A DNA stretch of 64,000 nucleotides from the human T2T-CHM13v2.0 reference genome, Homo sapiens. The notes beneath the pieces are model-generated. The model saw only the letters and a program-made list of their open reading frames with translations, did not search any database and had not been told where the DNA came from. This document shows positions 54,205 to 64,000 of the stretch, in pieces. Numbering within the stretch: the first letter of the stretch is position 1; each line of letters starts with the position of its first letter. Both the position numbers and the translations under genes were made by a program. The DNA lies in NCBI RefSeq assembly GCF_009914755.1, contig NC_060928.1; one strand, 5' to 3'.

Positions 54205-54442
54205 GAAAGCAGGGGTTAAGAGTGTAGCATTGTGAAATCATACTCTGCCTAGATATTAACCTTGGCCATTATTTATATGGCCTTGAGTATATTTTCATGT
54301 ATTCTAAGCTTCAGTCTCTTTGCTGGTGTTTGTAATAATATTTACCTCATGGTATTGTTTTGTGAGTTAAATGAGGTAATCCATCGAAAGCATTTAGTTC
54401 AGTGTCTGGTATATGATAAACGCACCCCAAATGCTAGCTATT
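54205..54442 (+). mobile_element. MIR (near full length)
   Basis: 'ggttaagagtgtag...ggccttgagta...tacctcatggtattgttttgtgagttaaatgaggtaatcca..aaagcatttagttcagtgtctggtatatgataaacgc..aaatgctagctatt'. Confidence 0.85.
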
Positions 54443-55959
54443 GACTGATACATTTTAGATTTGTTTTCCCTATTGATCTCATTTTTGGTATACTTTGTTA
54501 TTAATTAGCATTTTGTTTCAAATAATTAACATATTATTTTACTTGGTTCTTATAGCAAAATGCAAACCTTTCTTAAGGGAGGTGGTTGAAACTTTTGGCT
54601 TATTTTGGATATTCTCTGTGACTTTTATTAGTGTGATTTCTACAGCCAATTATCATGGCTAATCAAGAAATTGCTGACTCAACAATATTGTTAAATCATC
54701 ACTATATTTAAATTAGTGTATAGACTAAAAACTAGAAATGTGACAACTGAAAATTCTTTCTTTAATCTTCTACTTAGAAACTGCACACAGATCACAGCTG
54801 CTGTTTATCAAGTCAGCCATCACACCTGTCTACACATTTCTTAAATCTCTTTTGTAGACTGATGTTTGCTATAAATGCAGTCATCTCTCATTATAAAGCT
54901 TTTCAGTTAATGTTTTATGTTTTACAAACCCTACAGTATATGCTGCATGGCTCATTTGGCAAGAGTTATATTTTGCATTCTTAAGATGATGCTTTGCAGA
55001 TTATTTTTGGAGAAAAATAAATGTACTCCATGATATAATATACTGTTGAAATTTTATAGTGTGGTTTTGTAGAAAACAGGTACACATAGGTCTGCCCAAC
55101 ACTGAATCTGATTATCTGCCTTTTAAGATCCAAGTTTGAATTTGTAAATAAAATGATTCATTTTCAATAAAGTCATTGGGAATATAGCCTACATATTGAA
55201 GTCCTTACTTATTGCTTTAGTGGTTACTTATCAAAGAAGAACATAACACTCCTTTCGTTACCAATAATTTTAAATTTAAAGAGCAGTTAAATAGTCTTAC
55301 AAAATATCCATATGATAATTCTTATTTTTTCAAAGATTTTTAATTTAATAATCATGCAGGCATATTACATACTGTTTACTAAGATTATAAACCCTCTCTC
55401 AGATTATCTGTTTAATCACAATCTAATAGTGCCTTATGAATAAAGCTTTTTGATAAAAAAATTATTTTCAAAAAAATTTACACCCATTAGACAATATTCA
55501 ATTTATATTTTCCTTATATTCTTACTCCCTTTTTCATCCATAAAGATACTTAAAGCACTGATTATGTTAACTCTGCTTATACATTATAGATGACTTTTAA
55601 TTAAATTAATTTTCAACTTACAAATGAGTGCTTATTTTAGCAAAATTATTCTTATGACATTTCTTTTAAATTAATTCTTTCTTTTGGCTTTTTTTTTAAG
55701 CCATTTCTTTTCCCTAATCTGGCTCATTTTTATCCTTTTATCATGGTCTAGATTATATCAGAACAGGTTTTGTTGTTTGTTCAGAATAGGTTGCCTCTAA
55801 ATCTTCAAATTACACATGTGCAAATACACATAAACATATAATAAATAAATGGAATGTTCTCCAAGGTAAATTATATAAATAACTCTGTCCTAGAAAATTA
55901 TTTGCCTTGAAATCCCTGAGTGAAAACAAACACATGAATGGAAAGATGGTGTGAGACTA

Positions 55960-56075
55960 TGGTAAAGACCCAGGAGGTCATGAGTGCTGAGATATGAACT
56001 TTGTTCCACAGCCTATTAAAATTAGGTAAATTACTTGACTATCATGAGCCTTTGTTTCCTTACCTTTAAAAAAGA
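55960..56075 (+). mobile_element. MIR core fragment
   Basis: 'ttaggtaaattacttgactatcatgagcctttgtttccttacctttaaaa'. Confidence 0.55.
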
Positions 56076-58690
56076 TGAATAAAAATATAAAAATATGAGA
56101 ATTACACGTCTACTAACTGGATAATTTGATTTAAAACTATATCTGCTATATACAAAATATTTTCTAGTCCATTAAATTTTAATAGCTAACTAAAATAAAA
56201 TATTATACATTTGACATCTAGATTATGATTATGAAAATTATAAACCCCCAAATCACTCACTAGTGACCATGTGAATTTTTTTAACTACATTTTTTGGTCA
56301 AAAAAAAACTTCCTGCTGGGCTACATGACAGGTTCCATGGCTATGTCACATTCTTTGTAATTTTAGAGATACTGAAAATTGAGACATATCTGCCTTCTAT
56401 TCCATTCACATCCTTAGCTACCCTGTTCTCCCATATCTTCTGTAACAGTTTTGCCTCGTTATATAATAAAATAAATTCTTTCTATCCAGTAATACTATAA
56501 GTAGATTCACTGTAAAGTTAATTTTTCAAACCTAGAAATTTTGAGAGGGAAATGAGAAGCTAAAAATAATTTAAGTTACATAATTTCTATAATCTTTATT
56601 TACTCTGCAAAAGTGGTTTTATTATTTTGGCAAACATATGGAATTGTTCTACTAAAAACCACTTCCAGAATTAAAATGCTTTCTAAAATAAAAAAAATTA
56701 AAAATACTATGAACAAAACAAGACAGAGCTTTCTAATTTAACTGAACACTTTAAAAATAAGAATAATTACTCAGTACATATTCACACGTTAAAATGAAAT
56801 TCTTATATTGTGTTTTTTTCTGACATTTTGCCACTGCTGTGTATTTGAAGAATGCCTTTATATAGTCTATGTTTACTATTTTAAGGAAATAGCCTGAAAT
56901 AGACTTAAACATTGTAATTTTTGTTAATTTCAAAATATTGAAACCTCTATTGACTTTTCTATTTTAATATTATTTAAAACAACAAAATATTTTTAATTGG
57001 CATTATGCTCTGTCTACACATGCTGAAATACCAAGTAAATTCATAGTAATTCTGCAGAGTGGAGAATAATCTAACTTTTATTATTTTTAACATAAAAATG
57101 TGAAAAATTTATATTTCGATATTTTAGCAAATACTTGCTTCTTCTTTTAAAAATATTTTAGAGGACAAACTCAACAAGTAATTTGTTTCTATGATTTCTT
57201 TGAATCATTCACCAAATCAAGGTGCTGCAAAATCATAAGCATATTGAATGTCAATAAATTCTGGAGCTAATTATAAATTAATTTAGTTCTAAATCGGGGT
57301 TCCATAACATTTTCTTTCCACAAGTCTAAATATTTCAAAATGTAGTTATATAATTTCAAAATAGAAACTTTTATACTTTTTCAGCTCTCATGGTTTAATT
57401 CATTCAGTTTACTCTCTTGTTTTTTTTTTTTAGCAATATGTTTCAACGTATTTCTGTTTTCAGTTTTTAAAAAATACTGCAATTTGATAAAAACTTCAGA
57501 TGTTAACATTTTAGTGCTCATTTGATTGAATTTTATAGAGATTTTTCAACTACCTTTGAAAAATGAAATACTTATTTAGTTAAAATTGTAACGCAATTTT
57601 ATGATGCATTTGTTGATATCTGATTTAGTTCTTCAATATCTCAGGCATTCACAGTATTCAACTGATAAGGCTAACAGATAAATAAATAACATGCTGTAAT
57701 GTTAACATTTCTTTTTGCTCCTAATATCACCTTCATTTAAAAAATGACAGTTAAATTAATCTGTGTGACATAAACATAATTTTACAATATTTGGTTACTT
57801 TAATAGTCAATTTTGATTAAGTAAAAATTTCAATGATTTTTGATGCAATTGACTTCTAAGTTCACCAAAGTTAATACGTGCTTCTTTAGTCTGTAAGTTC
57901 CTTCTTTAGAAACAACATATTTTATAATCATATAATGTACTTTATCAATTTTTGTAATGTTACAACCAAAAAACTCCAAATACATTATGTTTAATGTAAA
58001 GCCTTTTAACACTATTTCCAACAGCAATAATATCATATATTTCACGTGGGACAAAAGTACATGTCAAGGGCTTTTTCCTGAGTCCATAAGTTGGATGAAA
58101 AATTTAAACTGTTATTGGAATTAACTGATTTTTTACCTGAATTATTTGAAGAAATCGATATAAAATTTGTGTTATTTAACTATTTGCTAAGTTCTGTTGA
58201 AGGAGCCAACAATTAGAATATAGAAAGCTGTAAAGAGCAGCACTGCATTTAACAAAAAGAATAAACAAGATCTACAAAATCATAACTCTCTTTGAAGCCA
58301 ACAGAGAGTTGATTTGCAAGGCAAGTTGTTATTCTGAAATCTAAAAAAGGAAGGCTTTCCAAGAAGAATAAGGTTGCAAGCACCGGCTCCCATTTGCCAG
58401 AACCACCATGCAAGTGATTAAGAAGCAATAAGTGAAATTTTTAACAAATTGCTAAAGTTTGGGTATTGGTTAGCTTTAGAGTACAGAAACCCACAAATAC
58501 CAGGGGATGGATGAATCAGCTCAACACTCTTCATACATCTTCGCTGGGACTCAGGAGAAAGACTAAGAACAAGGCAGGAGATGATAAAATTTTCCCAGCT
58601 AGAGCAGGCAAGGAAGGAGAGAGCAGTTGCCATTGTGGAAAAAAGCAGAAACTTTGATGGTGATTCTTCTCCCCTACAGAACTAAGGTGT

Positions 58691-59297
58691 TGTCAGACCC
58701 AGTGTCAAGTTCCAGCCCATGCTATGGTCCAAGGAGAGTGGGTGAATTGTCAGTGAGGATTTGAAAGAACACACAGGGGCTGTAGCAGCTCTCTTCATCA
58801 GCAGCTCTCTCATCAGCAGCTCTCTCATCAGCAGCTCTCTCACACTGTTCTCCTCTGTCTCAGCAGCCTGCTCTGGCTCTAACTCTGTGGCTCCTGCCGC
58901 TCCCACCTCCCAGACACAGCTGTATGACTGGCCTACAAGGCTAACTCTCCCTTAGAGAATTAGCAGCTTAACTCTTTCCCTCTGGGCACAAACCAGTTCC
59001 TGGTGCCCCTCTGCCTGCCTTCAAGGCGACAGGCTCTCCATTGTAGGGGTCAATAGCATTATTCTCTCTCTCTCTGTCTCTCTCTCTTCCTGGGCATGAG
59101 ACCACAAGCCTGTACAGTGTCAGCAGGGCAGTTATACCTTTTTCAAACAATAGTGGCTTGGAGCTAAGTATGAGCTTACACAAACAGGTTATATAACAAT
59201 GAGAGTATGTACCTGGGCCCTAAACCTGCTGAGTCACTCTGGCCCAGATGTCCACCTCAGCCTATTCCTTGACCAAAGCACATCCATGTACCTTACA
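58691..59297 (-). mobile_element. LTR18 (A/B) ERVL-class solo LTR
   Basis: The end 'cctattccttgaccaaagcacatccatgtaccttaca' is the reverse complement of the LTR18 start. Perfect TSD ggtgt at 58686-58690 and 59298-59302. Confidence 0.9.
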
Positions 59298-59311
59298 GGT
59301 GTTAAGTTTCT

Positions 59312-59766
59312 ATTTATTTATTCATGAGACAGAGTCTCACTCTGTCACCCAGGCTGGAGTGCAGTGGCAATGATCTCGGCTGACTGCAACCTCCACCTCC
59401 CAGATTTAAGCCATTCTTGTGCCTCAGCCTCCCAAGTATCTGGGACTACAGATGCATGCCACCACGCCCAGCTAATTTTTTATTTTTATTTATTTTTTTT
59501 GAGACCGAGTCTCACTGTTGTTGCCTGGGCTGGGAGTGCAATGGCACAATCTTGGCTCACTGCAACCTCCACCTCCCTGGTTCCAGCAATCCTCCTGCCT
59601 CAGCTTCCTGAGTAGCTGAGATTACAGGCGCCCGCCAGCACACCCAGCTAATTTTTGTATTTTTAGTAGAGACAGAGTTTCCCCTTGTTGACCAGGCTGG
59701 TCTCAAACTTCTGCCCTCAAGTGATCCTCCAGCAATGGCTTCCCAAAGTGCTGGGATTACAGGCGT
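59312..59766 (-). mobile_element. Trimeric Alu (left arm + two right arms)
   Basis: Right arm 59312-59480, second right arm 59481-59655, left arm to 59766 (5'-truncated by about 19 nt). One outer TSD. Confidence 0.93.
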
Positions 59767-60006
59767 CTAAGGCATTAAGTTTCTGAGGAAAGTTAACAAA
59801 CTCTGTTGCTTCCAGGACACAAGTGAAGACTGGTTGCTGCAGAGGAAAGGAAAGGGGAAAAAAGCCTAAGAGGAAATACAAAAAAAGTCCTGAGTCCCGA
59901 TCATAAGTGATACCCAACAACTAGGGAGGTAAAAATCCACTGAGAGAGTCTAAAGGCAACAGGCATGTATCTTGACTGTCTTTGTTCAAGACAGTCAAGA
60001 ACTCCT

Positions 60007-60320
<314 letters not shown>

Positions 60321-61539
60321 TGTGCTGCACCCACCAACAGGCTAGCCAGCAAGTGCAAGCAAGAACATTTTACTAAGGAAGTGACAAGAGTATGAAAAAG
60401 ACACTCTCCGAGGCACTAACTTTCATGAAAAAACTTAAAGCTAAGAGTAGAGTAGAAACATTGAGAAAAAGAAACTAGCAAACCAGCCCCTACCCTAAAG
60501 CTGAAACACACAATATTAATGAAATGTGAATTTTCTACAAAATTATCTTCTTGAAGTAACCAGAGGAGAAAATATCTGTACTCTTGATTTAGGCAACGTT
60601 TTCTTAGATATGACACCAAAAGCAAAATCAACAAAATAAATCATTAATAAATAGTCATCATCCACAAACTTTTAAATGCCTTTTCATTCCCTATGGTGTG
60701 AATGAATACACCACATGTAAGTCAATATATTTGCAAATCACATGTTTAATAAAGAACTTGTATTGAGAATATGAAAGGAACTCTCACAACTCAATATAAA
60801 AAGGAAAACCCAAACAAAAAAATCCAATGCAAAGTGGAGAAAATATTTAAACAGAAACTACATTGATAGCTGATATATGGATGACAAATCAACATGTGAA
60901 AATATGATATACAGGTGACAGATGACTACATGATTCATTCTACTTCTAGCATTTGCCAAAGAAAAAAGAAAACATATGTACACACACACACACAAGAATT
61001 TAAGGCAACACCAATGTCATAAAAATATTGACTACCCTCTGTATGTTGGATAGCAGGACTATTCAGGCTCTATTTCACACAAGCATTTTTGCATCTATTC
61101 TAACATTTTGTGGTGTTGCACAAAAATTTTTGCATCATATTTGCATCTAATGATTTCTCATCTTTCTTACTGGTCACCTGTCTTGTGTCTTAATTTATCC
61201 ATCAGGTTATGTCATGAATCATATCACAAATATCTGGTATACTACTTGACCATTAGGGGCAAAAACCTCCGATTGTCTCAAAGCTACCCATGACCAAATG
61301 GAGTTGTCTGTCCCTGGCCCTGAATATTCAAGTATACATTATTTTATCTGTGTGCATTATGCATGCTGTCCTTGAAAGAGGGACTTTAGATATATTATGT
61401 TTTTAAAACGTCAGGAAAAGAGGGATGAGTTACTGTTGGTGTCTTACTGACTGAGCCGTGTTGTAAACTGATAACTCTATTCACTGCACACGTTTCATAC
61501 CACCCTAACTCAGAACATGGCCAAATTTAAAGCACAAAG

Positions 61540-62150
61540 TGGAGTTTGATGAATCTATTGCAGCTTATTTTGATTAACTATTAATAAAAATACTTTGTTA
61601 AAAATGGAAATTCAAGGACAAATAATAAGCCAAGGAAATGAGGAAGATATCTAACACTATTACATCTAATGAGCTATTTGAATACTTTTTCAGTTTTCCA
61701 TCTCCATTGTTTTGGACCTTGCTTGTTTGGAGGACTTGGCCCCCAAGGGAGAGACAATCACACTGGGTATACAACAATGGTTACATTAAAGGAGCTGTTG
61801 ATATGGTCATGTAGCCATTTAGACACCACATGATCATAATGAAACAGGCAAAAAGGGGGTTTGCTTGTAAAATTAATCATGATTATCAAGGGATTAGAAC
61901 GGTATAATTGCTAACATGGAAATGGAAATATAGCCCTGGAACTCAATCCTGAAACTGACCACAATTACTTCAGTTATCAATGTCCCCTGATAGATGTTAA
62001 TAGAGAATAACGGTAATGCAATGCATGCAGGACCACCAAATACTGAAAAAGAAAAGATTTGTCTTGCTCCAAGGGTTGAATAATAAGCTTAAAATGCTGG
62101 CTGAGGGGGAAGTAACATGCAGATGAAGGAAAGAAACGAAGACTGACATA
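61540..62150 (+). mobile_element. ERVL-class internal fossil (end of pol / dUTPase region), non-coding now
   Basis: 'cactattacatctaatga', 'ggaggacttggcccccaagggag', 'aacaggcaaaaaggggg', 'attaatcatgattatcaaggg' and 'tgctggctgaggg' resemble ERVL pol-end/dUTPase consensus segments in order. Confidence 0.55.
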
Positions 62151-62499
62151 AGTATCAACAATTTCTTCCTTGCTTTTTTATGTATATATTTATATTGACT
62201 AAGATTTTCAATTATTTGATCTAACCAGCCCCACTAAGATATTTTTCAATCATATTTGCTGGTGTTGTTAAAATTAGAATTTACTGGTGAGATTATAGAT
62301 TATCTAAACAAGATTATGACTGAACCATAAGAAAAATCACTTAAAGGGATACAATGACTTATACAACATCTGAGGCCCTGTTTTCATTTATAGATGCTAT
62401 AACAACATGGTATTGATGTGCTTATTTTTGTTACTGTTTTCATCAAGAAGCTTAAATATGGAGGGAAGGCATATATATGGAAACTGAATAAATAAAGTT

Positions 62500-63340
62500 A
62501 GTCCCAGAGAGATGACATATGGGCTCATTGATACTGATATTACAGCCCTCTTAGAACACCTTCCAATAATTTAGAAGATGAAGTGTTTATAAGCAACATT
62601 TTCCCATAGCTCCTTATAGCTAGAATTTCAGACATTATTCATACTCTTCCAGTCAGATACATTTTCAAAATTGATTTCATATTAACATAAATTGAAAAGA
62701 GGTAGAGAAAAAGCAACATTTTTATGGCAGGTGTATTAGTTCATTCTAACACTACTAAAAAGGCATACCTGAGACTGGGTTATTTATAAAGAAAAGAGAT
62801 TTAATGTGCTCATGGTTCTGTGGGCTGTATAGGCTTTGGCTTCTGGGGAGGCCTCAGGAATCTTAAAATCACGACAGAAGGTGAAAGGGAAGATGGTAAA
62901 TCTTCACATGGCCTGCAGGAAAGAGAGAGAGGAAAGTGGGAGGTGCTACATATTTTCAAACAATCAGATCTGAGAGCTCTCATCACAACAGCAAGGGGAA
63001 GTCCTCTCCCATGATTCAATCACCTCACCCTCTCCTCCAACAACACTGGGAATTACCACAGTACATGAGATTTTGGTAGGGATGCAGAGCGAAACCATAT
63101 TAGCAGGGATCCTTTACCAGATTGATGACCTTCTACCTGTTGCTGTTACTGATATTACTGCCTCCTGACTACAGCAGTGGTTTGCTGTATAGCTTGAGGA
63201 GTTTTTATTTCTGTAATTCTAAAATTACAAATTTACTTGAACAGTAAAGATCTATTTGTCTCAGTAATTAATTATGGACTTCTGCAATTTCAGTTGCTTT
63301 CAAAATTCTGCACAATAACTCCTTGTTAAAACTGAAGGAG
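62500..63340 (+). mobile_element. LTR33-like ERVL LTR, split by MSTA
   Basis: 'caacattttcccatagctccttatagctagaatttcagac...ttccagtcagatacatt' resembles LTR33. It lies directly 3' of the ERVL internal fossil. Confidence 0.5.
62732..63102 (-). mobile_element. MSTA MaLR solo LTR
   Basis: tgtattagttcattct...'ggcttctggggaggcctcagga'...gaaaccatatta. Perfect TSD gcagg (62727-62731 / 63103-63107). Confidence 0.93.
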
Positions 63341-64000
63341 GCTAATATATCGTCAGTGTCAAAAGCCATAAATAAATGTACTTATCATAGCCTAAAGGCA
63401 ATTCTACTGACATGAGTAGAAGCATTAGACAAGCTCCCATGAGAATAAATTCATGTCTTCTTATGTGAAGTATGTGAAAAATTGCAATTGCTCTAAGCTT
63501 CAGGAATACTTAGAAATAAAGGATACCATGAGACATTAAAGATAGTAATAAAATCAATTTTGTTAACTTCAAATTCATAAACTACTTCAAAATTGAAAGC
63601 AACAATGTAAATAATTTCTACAGATATGTTCTGTCAAGATACTGTAGATTTTCTTTAGTTATTTATTTATTTGTGCAGGTAGTAGTAAAATAATAAAAAC
63701 TTTTAGAACAATATTTAACACACAAACACACAGATTCTTTGTTAGATAGTACAAAAGGACCTCTACATTGTTTCATTATGTAGTATTTTTGAAAACATTC
63801 TTGGTAGTTGCTGTGTTTTAACTGAGTCTCGGTTAATTGTTAAGTGATTTCCTAATATGAGTTTTTGGTGGTGTCTCATGGAATTCCTAGTTTGTTACAG
63901 CAACGCTGCTTGGAATATTATCTCACTTCATCCCTCATACCATTTCAGGTTAACTCCTACTTTCCTTTCAAACCTTTACTCATGTAGCCACCTCCAAAAA

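Noticed and set aside
57830-58054. Minus-strand ORF overlapping the duplicated 113-bp segment (possible duplicated coding exon)
   Set aside because: Mismatches between the copies fall in all three codon positions and a stop is present in one copy. No coding signature.
54450-58200. Long, mostly repeat-free AT-rich stretch with scattered E-box/forkhead/homeobox-like words
   Set aside because: Short motifs are expected by chance at this composition, and conservation cannot be judged from one sequence.
58682-58955. Repetitive peptides RELLM x3 / ISSSL x3
   Set aside because: Translation artefact of the 15-bp tandem repeat in LTR18.

Overview
AT-rich, CpG-poor primate (human-like) genomic DNA that reads as gene-poor intergenic or deep intronic sequence. 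A large share of it is interspersed repeats: Alus (J/S/Y, a free monomer and a trimer), old L1M and younger L1PA pieces, L2, MIR, MaLR LTRs (THE1, MST, MLT1, including a two-LTR MLT1A provirus), ERV1/ERVL LTRs (MER66, MER93, LTR18, LTR33, MLT2), an ERVL pol/dUTPase fossil, Tigger1, Tigger3b and a half MADE1. No credible cellular protein-coding gene, tRNA, rRNA or CRISPR array is visible. The supplied ORFs are repeat-derived or chance. I see no evidence of a new gene system. The most unusual signal is three old, locally templated insertions of about 110-185 bp between 33 and 48 kb. Each sits in an L1 fossil, is copied from a donor 0.7-11.6 kb away (one is inverted, one uses two donors) and has microhomology or short duplications at the junctions. 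Repeat subfamily names come from recalled consensus motifs and need RepeatMasker/Dfam confirmation. Boundaries of old elements are approximate.
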